This document shows positions 26,823 to 36,497 of a DNA stretch of 52,582 nucleotides, piece by piece. Numbering within the stretch: position 1 is the stretch's first letter; the number at the start of each line of letters is the position of its first letter. This DNA is from a virus (Duplodnaviria; Caudoviricetes): the IMG/VR virus record IMGVR_UViG_3300023284_000581, positions 1 to 52,582 of that record, one strand, 5' to 3'. The position numbers and the translations under genes are program-made. Under the pieces are notes generated by a model, which saw only the letters and a program-made list of their open reading frames with translations, was not told where the DNA came from and ran no database searches.

Positions 26823-28063
26823 CCCAGGCAAAAACACAACCAGCTAGCAATGGCGGCGCGACCAGAACGACAACGCGCAAACCAGACTCGGATTTCAGCC
26901 GTCTTCTAAGCCTGCCGGCTGCCCGGAATCACGGCGCGGAAGCCGCGTCCAAAGCGATCCCCAGCATCATTAAAGCCTTGCCGGGAACGACTGATCAGGA
27001 GCGGTTTGCCAACTCCCTGATCGTCGCGCTTAATGAACTGAATGATGTCCCCAACGGCGATAAATGCACGGACAAGTCTGTCCTGATGTGCGCCTATAAC
27101 TGTGCACGGCTCAACTTGATGCCGGGCAGAGTATTGGGGCTCGTCGCATTCATCCCGCGATGGAACTCAAAGGGTGGCCCCGATGGCAAGGGTGCCACCG
27201 AATGCCAGTTGATGACGATGTATCGCGGCTATCAGGAAATGGCCTATCGCAATGGCTTCCTCCTGCGCATGAGTGCCCAAGTCGTCACGCAGGAAGAGTT
27301 GGTCAACTTTGATATGTGGGCCGATGAGGCTGGCGAGCATCTTAAACATCGCATCGATCCGAACCGCAACATTGAGGCCAGCAATATCGTCGGCGCCTAC
27401 TGCTCGTTCACGCGAAGCAACGGCACCCATGGCTATGTCTATGTGAACAGGCAGCAACTCGATAGGGCTATGCAGGCTGGAGGCGACAAGGGATTCAGCC
27501 CATGGAAAGACAAAATCTATTTTGCGGCGATGGCCCGAAAGACACCGATCCGGGCGGCAGCCAAAGACTGGCTCTTGACGCCCGACATGGCATTGGCCGT
27601 CCGGATGGACGAGCAGATCGAACTGGGTGTTCCGCAGTCTTACGACGGTTGGGATGGCGGTGGCGAAACCGACCCAGACCCCGCGCCGCGCAAGCCCGGG
27701 CTGAATGATCTTCCCGATCCCGATGCTAAAGCCGGTTCTGGTAAGCAGAAGGCCAAACCCAATAAGCAAACGGCCAAGTCTGAAACGAAAGAGCCGGAAC
27801 CCGAGCAGCCCTACACCGACACGGGCCACGAAGAAGCTGTTGCGGCGCAGGAGCAAGAGAAGCAGCAGGACCAGGGCACCCCCAGTAAAGCCGATCAGTT
27901 GATCGATCTGATGACGAGCAATTGCGAATGCAACTCGGATCAGGCTGAGGCGAAACTGAACAAGTCGCTGGGCCTCTACGGCGTCAAGTCGCTGGACGAT
28001 CTGAGCGATGAGCAGTTCAGCGACATCGCGGGTCGCATCAACTCGGGAGACATCGCGGTTTAA
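26819..28063 (+). CDS. recT: RecT-family single-strand annealing recombinase
   Basis: LNLMPG..LGLVAFIP, CQLMTMYRGY, IVGAYC and SPW...AMARKTPIR motifs. Confidence 0.85.
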   Translation: MTQAKTQPASNGGATRTTTRKPDSDFSRLLSLPAARNHGAEAASKAIPSIIKALPGTTDQERFANSLIVALNELNDVPNGDKCTDKSVLMCAYNCARLNLMPGRVLGLVAFIPRWNSKGGPDGKGATECQLMTMYRGYQEMAYRNGFLLRMSAQVVTQEELVNFDMWADEAGEHLKHRIDPNRNIEASNIVGAYCSFTRSNGTHGYVYVNRQQLDRAMQAGGDKGFSPWKDKIYFAAMARKTPIRAAAKDWLLTPDMALAVRMDEQIELGVPQSYDGWDGGGETDPDPAPRKPGLNDLPDPDAKAGSGKQKAKPNKQTAKSETKEPEPEQPYTDTGHEEAVAAQEQEKQQDQGTPSKADQLIDLMTSNCECNSDQAEAKLNKSLGLYGVKSLDDLSDEQFSDIAGRINSGDIAV

Positions 28064-28182
28064 CAAGCCCCCGGAAGGGTTCGGTCGGTCCAAGTTCGAG
28101 CCGGCCGGACCTATTTCGCTGCGTCGGGTTACCACTCGGCGCGGCGTTTGGAGACGAGGAACCCTTTTCAAAGGAGAACGAT

Positions 28183-28563
28183 GTGAGGAAATCAGCAGTA
28201 GGGGAATTGAACAAGATGGTGAAATCGCTACGGGACCAGCGCCAGTATCACCTTGACGCGGTTGATCAGATCGACGCGGCGTTCGATGGCCTGGGGATGA
28301 ACGGCCAGGCCAAGACGAACGGCCACGCCCCCGGAGCCCGAAAGCCCCGCCAGCGCAGCAAGTTCAAACTGACGGCCGAGGAAATGATCGCCCAGTTGCT
28401 CAAGGGCAAGACCATGACGACCGGACAGATCAACAAGCGGTGGACCCGCGCAGGCCGCGGCGGCAACGCGGACAACACCTTGAGCAAGATGACCAGGGAG
28501 AATCAGATCCGGCGCACGAACATGCCGGGCGTGATGGGGAGTCAGTATCGGTTGGCCGGATGA
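28183..28563 (+). CDS. Putative winged-helix DNA-binding protein
   Basis: AAGGAG SD; coiled N-terminus, basic linker, wHTH-like C-terminus. Confidence 0.6.
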   Translation: MRKSAVGELNKMVKSLRDQRQYHLDAVDQIDAAFDGLGMNGQAKTNGHAPGARKPRQRSKFKLTAEEMIAQLLKGKTMTTGQINKRWTRAGRGGNADNTLSKMTRENQIRRTNMPGVMGSQYRLAG

Positions 28564-28570
28564 CAGATGG

Positions 28571-28693
28571 TGGCTGGTAGCTCAGTTGGTAGAGCGGCTG
28601 CGGAAGCAGTGCCACCAGAAGGACGCCTGGAACAGTCGCGAATGGTTCAGGCTATCGACTTCTTAAGCGCAGGTTCGAGTCCTGCCCAGCCCA
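28571..28693 (+). ncRNA. tRNA-like RNA with intact acceptor, D and T arms but anticodon arm replaced by a ~70 nt structured insert
   Basis: 5' TGGCTGG-TA-GCTC-AGTTGGTA-GAGC and 3' GCAGG-TTCGAGT-CCTGC-CCAGCCC-A; 123 nt total; no 7-nt anticodon loop. Confidence 0.8.
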
Positions 28694-28714
28694 TTTAACT
28701 TAGGAACTTCACGG

Positions 28715-28963
28715 ATGGCAGGACCAAAACGCAACGGATTGATCAGACACCTCATGCCCCAGCGCGATCGGCGCCTGGACGAGATACCCCGCAACGTAGA
28801 AAACCGGCCCAGGGGTATGTCGCATTCTGATGCGACCCGGCAGAGCACCATTCAAGCACAACAACTTTACGACCAGATATGCGCCGACGTGGCGCTGAAG
28901 CGTTCAGGTGGACGGTGGACGTTTATTGGTGACCTACTTGTTCGGGCTCACACCCACAGATGA
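28715..28963 (+). CDS. Hypothetical protein
   Basis: 82 aa ORF filling the gap after the tRNA-like RNA. Confidence 0.4.
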   Translation: MAGPKRNGLIRHLMPQRDRRLDEIPRNVENRPRGMSHSDATRQSTIQAQQLYDQICADVALKRSGGRWTFIGDLLVRAHTHR

Positions 28964-28973
28964 AAGGATTCAA

Positions 28974-29435
28974 ATGTCTAAGAAAGAGAAAGAGAAATCA
29001 CGATCCATCCCGGTTTCATTCCAGGGAGTCACGGTCAACGAGGATAAGTGCAGTATCCCTGTCCACGCGCTTCGTACTTATTTGAATTTGGATGTTGCGG
29101 ACTTGGGGATCTGTAAGGCCCGCCTGGATGTGACGTTGTGCGAGCACGATCCAGACCAGGGGAACCTGCAGGAAGAGGCTGACGAGGAGGTTCGTCTGGT
29201 TTCGGTTGCCGACGCCAACACCCTGACGGTTTCCCCCGAAAAGATCAACTTCACACTCTCGTTTCAACGCTCCGACATCGACGTGAACAAGCTGATCAAG
29301 TTCGCTAAGCGATCGGGATACCTGCGATTCCAACGCATCGGCGATGCCAAGTCCAACCCAGACGATCAAAGCCGGGTTGGCAACGAGCCGTTGCTTGATG
29401 GCGAAGAGCAGGAAAAGGAAACCGCGAAAGCGTAA
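28974..29435 (+). CDS. Hypothetical protein
   Basis: GAAAGGA SD before ATG 28974. Confidence 0.6.
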   Translation: MSKKEKEKSRSIPVSFQGVTVNEDKCSIPVHALRTYLNLDVADLGICKARLDVTLCEHDPDQGNLQEEADEEVRLVSVADANTLTVSPEKINFTLSFQRSDIDVNKLIKFAKRSGYLRFQRIGDAKSNPDDQSRVGNEPLLDGEEQEKETAKA

Positions 29436-29453
29436 ACCCGGAGTGAGCCAAGG

Positions 29454-30293
29454 ATGGCCGAGTGCTGGCGAATAACTCAATGGGTCGAGCGCTACGAGGT
29501 AGGCAGCGACGGTAAGGCTTTGACCGATCTGACCAAGCCGATCCGCGCGACACCACTTCCCTACGTGCGCTACAAGGTAAACGGCCACAAAGACGGTGGC
29601 GGTTACAAGCGTCTCAAGTTAGTCGCCGGCACTCCGGCCAAACTGCTTTCCTGCGTTGCCGTGTTCTCGAAATTATTGGAGTTGGCGGCCGATGAGCCGC
29701 GCGATCTTCGGGGATGGATCTTAAACGAGCGGGATGAGCCCGCGACAGTGGACGACATCATGCTTTTCACCGGGTTCAATAAATCGTCAATCAACACGGC
29801 CCTGCAAATACTGTCAGACGCTCGGCTTGCGTGGATCGAGCTGGATGACTTCGCAATTGACCGCTTTGTTCCGCGAGTCTCAGCTAATGACAGGAAATCC
29901 CTTCAAGAAGAACAGAAACAGAAACAGAAACAGAGACTTAAACATAAGAATAAGAAGGGCGGGGAATCCGGGGGGAATTCTGGGGGAGATTTGGGTGATA
30001 TTTCTGATTCTGTTTCTGATCAGCCCACAGCCCCACGCCGTGCCCGGATGAAATTCGATCTTGCCATCCAGCCGATCATGGCACCCAAGGGATCAAAGCA
30101 ACACACATCCGACAGGACTGACCTGGACCAAAACATCTGGCCGACCATCTGGCCCGAAGGCGCTCGGTTTGAAACTGCCCAGCCTGTTTTCGCCCTGGCG
30201 ATGGTCTGCATCGATGGCGCACGTAAGTACAGCGGCAAGGCCTCGAAGATGAGCGTCTTCAAATCACTCCTCAAGAAAGCGGGAATCAAATGA
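29454..30293 (+). CDS. Replication initiator protein
   Basis: Immediately upstream of DnaB; HTH-like VDDIMLFTGFNKSSINTALQIL and QKQKQKQ linker typical of phage O/DnaD-like initiators. Confidence 0.7.
   Translation: MAECWRITQWVERYEVGSDGKALTDLTKPIRATPLPYVRYKVNGHKDGGGYKRLKLVAGTPAKLLSCVAVFSKLLELAADEPRDLRGWILNERDEPATVDDIMLFTGFNKSSINTALQILSDARLAWIELDDFAIDRFVPRVSANDRKSLQEEQKQKQKQRLKHKNKKGGESGGNSGGDLGDISDSVSDQPTAPRRARMKFDLAIQPIMAPKGSKQHTSDRTDLDQNIWPTIWPEGARFETAQPVFALAMVCIDGARKYSGKASKMSVFKSLLKKAGIK
29911..30020. repeat. Putative replication origin within the initiator gene
   Basis: Tandem AACAGA repeats, GGGGAAT(T/C)C-like repeats, then the inverted TTCTGTTTCTG. Confidence 0.45.
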
Positions 30294-31675
30294 GCAGCGC
30301 ACCACCGATTGAACACAGACAACACCACTTGCTCCCGGCGCCGCACAGCCTCGAATCCGAGATGGCGCTGCTGGGTTCGATCCTGATTGACCCCAAGCAG
30401 ATCGGTGAGGCCCTGTTGATCTTGAGCGGCATGGATGATTTCTACTCGCAGAAGAACGCGATGGTCTATCACGCGATGGTGGCGGTCTTCGAGGAAGGCA
30501 ATGAACTCGATGTCATCACGATCAAGAACTGGCTCCAGGATCGTGGTGAACTCAAGCAGATCGGCGGCAGCGAGTACCTGATGGAGATGGCCGACACGGT
30601 GGCGAGCGGGGTTGTCGCGCTGTATTACGCCAAACAGGTCAGGGAATACGCACACCGGCGCCAGTTGATCGAGACACTGAGCCGCGGTTTGCAGCGAGCG
30701 ATGCGCGGCGATGAGTCGGCATCTGAGCTAGCCGATGCGGTCGAGACCGAGATTTACAAACTGGCCAGCACGAGCGAAACGCACGAGGCGCAGGATCTCG
30801 GTTCGTTGTTGCAGGCCGAATACGATCGGTTGGAAGCTGCGGATGGTCAGGGGATGTCGGGTCTCGAGACCGGGTTCTACGACCTGGACCACCTGATGGG
30901 CGGGTTCCAGCGTTCAGACATGATCATCCTGGCGGGCCGACCCTCGATGGGCAAGACCGCGCTGGGCCTCGGCATCGCGGCCCACCTGGCGTGCAATAAA
31001 GGCGAGCCGGTCGGGATCTTCTCGCTCGAGATGAGTAAATCACAGTTGGGCCAGCGCCTGCTGTGCGGACACGCGGGTGTTGATTCCGGCAAGGTCAAGC
31101 GGAACCAGCTCAGCGGCGAGGAATTCAATCGACTGTCGCTGTCGGTCGGGGCCCTGCACGATGCCCCGCTTTACATCCACGATCAGGCGGGCCTGACGAT
31201 CATGCAGCTCCGGGCGCTCGCTCGCAGGATGGCCAGCAAGTACCAGATCAAACTCCTGGTGATCGATTACCTGCAGTTGATGCACGCAACAGGCTACGAC
31301 TCTCGGCGCGAGGAAGTCGATGCGATCAGCCGCGGCATCAAGGCACTGGCGCGCGAGCTGGACATCCCGGTACTGGCCCTGGCCCAGTTGAATCGATCGC
31401 CCGAGGCCCGGGCTGATTTCAAACCACGCATGAGTGACCTGCGCGAGAGTGGCGCGCTCGAACAGGACGCGGACGCGATCCTGATGCTGCACCGCGAAGA
31501 GTATTACCACCAGGGGGACGAGACGTGGATAACTGAAAACTACGACAAGAAGGGCCACACGTTGTTGATGCTGCTCAAGGCGCGCAACGGACCGGTCGGG
31601 AATGTCAATCTTCATTTCGATGCCCTCACGACTCGGTTCCACAGTCACGCGCAACGAAACCCAATGAATCTATGA
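30290..31675 (+). CDS. dnaB: Replicative DNA helicase
   Basis: PHSLESEMALLGS, AGRPSMGKT, FSLEMS, VIDYLQLM, LAQLNR, DLRESGALEQDAD and KARNGP motifs. Confidence 0.97.
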   Translation: MSSAPPIEHRQHHLLPAPHSLESEMALLGSILIDPKQIGEALLILSGMDDFYSQKNAMVYHAMVAVFEEGNELDVITIKNWLQDRGELKQIGGSEYLMEMADTVASGVVALYYAKQVREYAHRRQLIETLSRGLQRAMRGDESASELADAVETEIYKLASTSETHEAQDLGSLLQAEYDRLEAADGQGMSGLETGFYDLDHLMGGFQRSDMIILAGRPSMGKTALGLGIAAHLACNKGEPVGIFSLEMSKSQLGQRLLCGHAGVDSGKVKRNQLSGEEFNRLSLSVGALHDAPLYIHDQAGLTIMQLRALARRMASKYQIKLLVIDYLQLMHATGYDSRREEVDAISRGIKALARELDIPVLALAQLNRSPEARADFKPRMSDLRESGALEQDADAILMLHREEYYHQGDETWITENYDKKGHTLLMLLKARNGPVGNVNLHFDALTTRFHSHAQRNPMNL

Positions 31676-31765
31676 CGGAGGCCAGCGAGCGTTCGCAGGG
31701 GCGACGGCAACTCTAACTACCATCAAAAAACCCGCCGCGCCCCGCGGCCTTCGACTGAGAGAATT

Positions 31766-33463
31766 ATGAAACCACCACAAAACAATCTGTTTCGTTACGA
31801 ACGACCGTCCGCCACCAGCTTGATCGATGACGATCTCGGGATGGTCGTGGACAACTTCGCCGGTGGCGGTGGGGCATCGACCGGAATCGAGGCCGCAATC
31901 GGCCGGCCCTGTGACCTGGCGGTTAATCACGACCCGCAGGCGATCGCGATGCATGAGGTCAATCATCCGGACACACGCCACCTTTGCGAGTCCGTTTGGG
32001 ATATTGACCCCCTGAAGGTCACGGGCGGACGCACGGTCGGTCTCGCTTGGTTTAGCCCGGATTGCACCTACTTCTCCAAGGCGCGCGGGGGCAAGCCACA
32101 ACGCGATGAGGCCAAGAAGGTACGGGGCCTGGCGTGGGTTGTGATCAAGTGGGCCAAGGCGGTTAAGCCGCGCGTGATCATGCTGGAGAACGTCGAGGAA
32201 TTCCGACACTGGGGCCCGCTCAAGCGTGATGGCCAGCCATGCAAAAGGCGCCGTGGCCAGACGTTTGATCAATGGGTCGGTGCTCTTCGCGCTGAAGGCT
32301 ATGAGGTCGATTGGAAAGAACTTCGTGCCTGTGATTATGGCGCCCCAACAATCCGCAAGCGTCTGTTCCTGATCGCTCGTTGCGATGGCCGGCCGATCGT
32401 CTGGCCCGCCGCGACACATGGTAAGGCGCCATTACTTCCCTATCGCACGGCGGCGGAGTGCATCGACTGGTCACTTCCCTGCCCCTCGATATTCGAACGC
32501 AGGCGCCCGCTGGTCGAAAAAACACTCACTCGAATCGCGACGGGAATCCGGCGCTATGTGATCGATGCCCAAGAGCCGTTCATCGTCACTTGCAATCACG
32601 GCGGCGATTGGTTCCGTGGCCAGGGTATTTCCGAGCCGTTCAAGACCGTGACGGGATCGCGCGATGCGCACGGCCTGGTCTCTCCCATCTTGAGCCAATA
32701 CCACAGCCAGAAGGGCGATGAGTCCCGCTGCGGATCTCCCAATGATCCGATCAACACACTGGACACCCAGAATCGTTTCGGCCTGGTGTCGGCGTTTCTT
32801 GCCAAGCATTTCGGCGGTGCGGTTGGCGCGAAAGTAACAAGGCCATTCCCGACGATCACCCAGCGCGGGGTTCAGAACCAGGTCACGACGGCGTACTTGA
32901 ATCGCATCTGTCAGAATGGGTCCAAGGGAAAACGTGTCAGCGATGTTCGGGATCCACTGACCACGATCACCAGCAAGAATGAGCATTGTGTCACCGCTGC
33001 TTTCCTCTCCCACCAGCGCGGTTCAAATACGGGCGGCGGCAACGGCAATCTCGACAAGCCGCTAAACGCTCTCACCGCCGGCGGCAATCACATCGCGGAG
33101 GTCCGCGCGTTCCTGATCCAGTATTACTCGCACGGTTCGGGCAAGACCGGCAGGGCGATCGACAAGCCGGCTCCAACGATCCCGACAAAGCATCGTTTGG
33201 GACTGGTCACCATCAGCGGGATCGAATATCAGATCATTGACATCGGCATGCGCATGTTGCAGCCGCGCGAATTGTTCCGATGCCAGGGCTTCCCCGATGA
33301 CTACGTGATCGATCCGATCAATCCAGCAACCAGCCGGGCATTCACCAAGACGTTGCAGATCAAGATGTGCGGCAATTCAGTATCGCCGCAAATGTCCGAG
33401 GCGCTGGTCCGCGCGAACGTCGCGGCACCTGAGAATTATTTCGCGAAGGGAGCGGTAGCGTGA
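31766..33463 (+). CDS. DNA (cytosine-5)-methyltransferase with repeated variable region
   Basis: DNFAGGGG, FSPDCT (catalytic Cys), LENV, RKRLFLIAR, RMLQPREL..CQGFP and GNSVSP motifs. Confidence 0.93.
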   Translation: MKPPQNNLFRYERPSATSLIDDDLGMVVDNFAGGGGASTGIEAAIGRPCDLAVNHDPQAIAMHEVNHPDTRHLCESVWDIDPLKVTGGRTVGLAWFSPDCTYFSKARGGKPQRDEAKKVRGLAWVVIKWAKAVKPRVIMLENVEEFRHWGPLKRDGQPCKRRRGQTFDQWVGALRAEGYEVDWKELRACDYGAPTIRKRLFLIARCDGRPIVWPAATHGKAPLLPYRTAAECIDWSLPCPSIFERRRPLVEKTLTRIATGIRRYVIDAQEPFIVTCNHGGDWFRGQGISEPFKTVTGSRDAHGLVSPILSQYHSQKGDESRCGSPNDPINTLDTQNRFGLVSAFLAKHFGGAVGAKVTRPFPTITQRGVQNQVTTAYLNRICQNGSKGKRVSDVRDPLTTITSKNEHCVTAAFLSHQRGSNTGGGNGNLDKPLNALTAGGNHIAEVRAFLIQYYSHGSGKTGRAIDKPAPTIPTKHRLGLVTISGIEYQIIDIGMRMLQPRELFRCQGFPDDYVIDPINPATSRAFTKTLQIKMCGNSVSPQMSEALVRANVAAPENYFAKGAVA

Positions 33464-33705
33464 TCACCACCGATGAAATCGAAACCCGTGTATTCCAGAT
33501 GATCCGCGAGCAACTGGGCCAACCAGAATTCGAGGTCCACCGCGAGTTGAATTTCGGGCTCCTGGGCTTTGACAGCATGGACGAACTGGAGTTGTTGATT
33601 GAATACGAGGATGAATTCGATCTGGAGATCCCCGAGAGCGTTTCGGTCAAGTGGCGTACGCCCGGCGATGTGATCGACTGGCTGGAGAAGGAGCTGAGCA
33701 AGTGA
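33460..33705 (+). CDS. Acyl carrier protein-like
   Basis: LGFDSMDELELLIEYEDEFDLEIPE...TPGDVIDWL, with phosphopantetheine Ser in DS; acidic 81 aa. Confidence 0.88.
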   Translation: MITTDEIETRVFQMIREQLGQPEFEVHRELNFGLLGFDSMDELELLIEYEDEFDLEIPESVSVKWRTPGDVIDWLEKELSK

Positions 33706-34976
33706 AGTTGAAAGCGCCCTTCCCATATTTTGGCGGCAAGAAAGCTGTGGCCGAGCTGGTCTGGAACCGCCTGGGTGACGTGCGCAATTACATCGAACCG
33801 TTCGCTGGGTCGATCGCGGTTTTACTATTGCGGCCGCACAAGCAGAAGGTCGAGACGATCAACGACATCGATCCGTACATCTCGAATTTCTGGCGCTCGG
33901 TCAAGATGGACAAGGATGCGGTTGTGAATTATTGCGACTGGCCGGTGATCGAAACCGATCTGCACGCTCGCCACCGGTACTTGGTGCTCTCCGATGACGC
34001 GGTTGAATTCCGCCGGAGGATGCGAACCGACCCCGATTACTACGATCCGAAGATCGCCGGCTGGTGGGTGTGGGGCCAATGCATGTGGATCGGTGCCGGT
34101 TGGTGTGCTAATGATCCGAGCGCTCGTGCTACGCCTGAAACCAATTTGCGCCCGCATCTGAGTTCGGACGGCAGGGGCCAGGGGATGCAGCGCGGTCCCA
34201 AGCAGGAGATCCCGTCGAATTGCGCTAAGGGCGTTCACAAGAAGCGGCCGGCCATCGGCGATAGCGCTGGTGACAAAGGCCTACTGCAGAATCTTCCCGA
34301 TGTTTCGGGTCATCGCGGAGGTACCGGGCGAGGGATCCTGACGAGCAAGAAGCCAATGTTGTCCGGGAAGGGTGTTGGCAAGGGTGTTCATGCCGAAGGC
34401 CTGCGCGATGGCTGCCGTCCGCAGCTCGCGGATCAACGCGCTCGCGGACGAGGTATTCACAGCAACGACGCAATGGAAGAATGCGAGGCTCGTCACGAAT
34501 GGCTGTCGAGATGGCTGGGCTCGCTGCAGGATCGGTTGAGATCCGTACGGACCTGCTCGGGCGATTGGAAGCGCGTTTGTTCATCGCCCAGCGTCACGAC
34601 CCGCATCGGCATGACCGGATTGTTTATGGATCCGCCGTACAAGCACACGGTCCAGGATGGTGAAGGCGACCAGGTGAAGAACCGGGATGCCCGACTGTAC
34701 GGCCATGATGCCTCGACGGTCGCGCAGGAATGTCAGGACTACTGCATCGAACGTGGCGAAGACCCGCTGATGCGAATCGCGCTGTGCGGCCTCGAGGGAG
34801 AACACGAGCAGCTTGAGAAACACGGTTGGGAAGTCGTCGCCTGGAAGTCTCACGGCGGTTACGGCAATCGATCAGTCAACGGGAACGACAACAAAGAACG
34901 CGAGCGCATCTGGTTTAGCCCGCATTGCCTAAGCGGATTGACTGCCGAAGCGCCACTATTTTCGGAGCAATCATGA
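33702..34976 (+). CDS. DNA adenine methyltransferase (Dam/D12 class) with repeat-containing insertion
   Basis: PFPYFGGK, YIEPFAGS, INDID and FMDPPY motifs. Confidence 0.9.
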   Translation: MKLKAPFPYFGGKKAVAELVWNRLGDVRNYIEPFAGSIAVLLLRPHKQKVETINDIDPYISNFWRSVKMDKDAVVNYCDWPVIETDLHARHRYLVLSDDAVEFRRRMRTDPDYYDPKIAGWWVWGQCMWIGAGWCANDPSARATPETNLRPHLSSDGRGQGMQRGPKQEIPSNCAKGVHKKRPAIGDSAGDKGLLQNLPDVSGHRGGTGRGILTSKKPMLSGKGVGKGVHAEGLRDGCRPQLADQRARGRGIHSNDAMEECEARHEWLSRWLGSLQDRLRSVRTCSGDWKRVCSSPSVTTRIGMTGLFMDPPYKHTVQDGEGDQVKNRDARLYGHDASTVAQECQDYCIERGEDPLMRIALCGLEGEHEQLEKHGWEVVAWKSHGGYGNRSVNGNDNKERERIWFSPHCLSGLTAEAPLFSEQS

Positions 34977-35356
34977 CGATACTCGACTTACCACATTGTG
35001 CAGAACCCGTGACCGAACCGCTCGGCGGAATGCTGAGCGTCTTGAACTGCGGCCTGGGCGACCTTGAGATCGCGTTCGATAAAGACGATGCGCGTCAGGT
35101 GGCCAAAGCCAAGCGGGTCATCAACGACATGCTGAAGCGCGGCTATCTCCTGTTCGTCAAGCACGGTGAAGAGTGGGTGCAGGTCAAATCGTTCGACCCC
35201 GAGCAAGAGGCGTACATGATCGAAGAGGGCCCGCTGTATTCGGACGAACAGCCCGAACCGGAGAAACCCAAGAAAAAGCGTGGGCGTCCGCGCAAGACGG
35301 CTAAGCCATTACGGACGACCAGGGCGATTGCTGTCGGTCCGACCGCAGGAGGATGA
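34973..35356 (+). CDS. Hypothetical protein with AT-hook-like KKRGRPRK
   Basis: Coupled ORF; GRP motif near the C-terminus, ends in GG. Confidence 0.6.
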   Translation: MTILDLPHCAEPVTEPLGGMLSVLNCGLGDLEIAFDKDDARQVAKAKRVINDMLKRGYLLFVKHGEEWVQVKSFDPEQEAYMIEEGPLYSDEQPEPEKPKKKRGRPRKTAKPLRTTRAIAVGPTAGG

Positions 35357-36045
35357 GCATGACGGTGACATGGGATGACGTTAACGAGAAATCGAACGAG
35401 CTGCTCATGAAGCGCGGCGAGTGGGCTGGCGCTCCGGCGCTGGCTGATACTGATCTGGTGCTTGAGCCGCGCCATCCGCTGTATGAAAACCTGAACGGTT
35501 GCAGCATTGAAAACCTCACCAAGAAGAAGGAGCCCGACGCACCGGTCGATTACAAGTTGGTCAACTCCTGGTTCTCCTTCAAGCGCGACTCGCAGGTCTA
35601 CATCTTTCGCGAGGCCAATGGCCGGACCACCCATTCGGAAATAAAGAACGCGGGCATTCGTATGCGACATCTGATGCACACGCTCGGCAACTCCCAGTAC
35701 ATCAAGGTGGACGCGGAACTCAAGGCGATCCAGACCTTGATGCCTCTGATCAACCGCAACCAATTTCGGACCTACATGGTCAGTGGCATGTTCGTCGAAT
35801 CCTCCAAGCGCAGCGGTGTGGCCTACGTCTTCCGAAAGAACCGGCCGACGCTGGCCATCCGGGGCAACACGTACATCGCGGCCCTGTGCCTGCATCCCAT
35901 CGGTTACTACGACACGAGCTGGCTGGGCGTGATGGCGCCGACCGATGACGTGATCGCGCACCTGCTGATGATGCGGGCGAACGAGCACAAGTTCTGGGCG
36001 AAGGCGAATCAGCACGCGGTCTGGGTACCGCAGTCGGGAGTTTGA
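35353..36045 (+). CDS. Conserved hypothetical protein
   Basis: AGGAGG SD; LCLHP...TDDVIAHLLM...FWAKAN C-terminal domain. Confidence 0.65.
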   Translation: MSMTVTWDDVNEKSNELLMKRGEWAGAPALADTDLVLEPRHPLYENLNGCSIENLTKKKEPDAPVDYKLVNSWFSFKRDSQVYIFREANGRTTHSEIKNAGIRMRHLMHTLGNSQYIKVDAELKAIQTLMPLINRNQFRTYMVSGMFVESSKRSGVAYVFRKNRPTLAIRGNTYIAALCLHPIGYYDTSWLGVMAPTDDVIAHLLMMRANEHKFWAKANQHAVWVPQSGV

Positions 36046-36047
36046 GA

Positions 36048-36497
36048 ATGAAAACCATCAGCTTATGGCAACCCCACGCCGCCGCGATCGCGCGCCATCT
36101 CAAAACAATCGAGACGCGCCACTGGAGTCCACCCGAGAAGTACATCGGGGTCACGATCGCGATCCACGCGGCCCGGCGCAAGATCCGCCCGAGCGAGCTG
36201 CAGGAGTTCCAACACGACATGGCGGCCTGGGACTGGTTGCTCTGCCCGGGCGTGGTTCAGCAGTTGCCCTACGGCGCACTGATCGCGACCTGCAAGATCG
36301 AGCGGGTTCTGCCGACGAACGACCCAGTGCTGATCAAGCTCGCGTTCGACCAGGATCAACTCCCGTTCGGCAACTTCGGGCCCCAGCGGTTCGGCTGGAT
36401 TCTCTCGGATGTCAAGGCACTGGCCACGCCCGTTCCGTTCAAGGGCCGCCAGGGCTGGTTCGATGTGCCGGATGAACTTTTGTTGGAGGTAGCGTGA
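36048..36497 (+). CDS. ASCH domain protein
   Basis: TISLWQPHA...KTIETRHW...IAIHA...PVPFKGRQGWF. Confidence 0.85.
   Translation: MKTISLWQPHAAAIARHLKTIETRHWSPPEKYIGVTIAIHAARRKIRPSELQEFQHDMAAWDWLLCPGVVQQLPYGALIATCKIERVLPTNDPVLIKLAFDQDQLPFGNFGPQRFGWILSDVKALATPVPFKGRQGWFDVPDELLLEVA

Noticed and set aside
27167-28171. Long minus-strand ORFs (also 4356-5165, 35143-36015, 41169-42095, 31670-32419)
   Set aside because: Antisense shadows of well-supported plus-strand genes in GC-rich DNA, with no motifs or SD.
28596-28668. Group I or archaeal-type intron in a tRNA
   Set aside because: Far too short for a self-splicing intron, and I could not find a removal that restores a 5-bp stem with a 7-nt anticodon loop.
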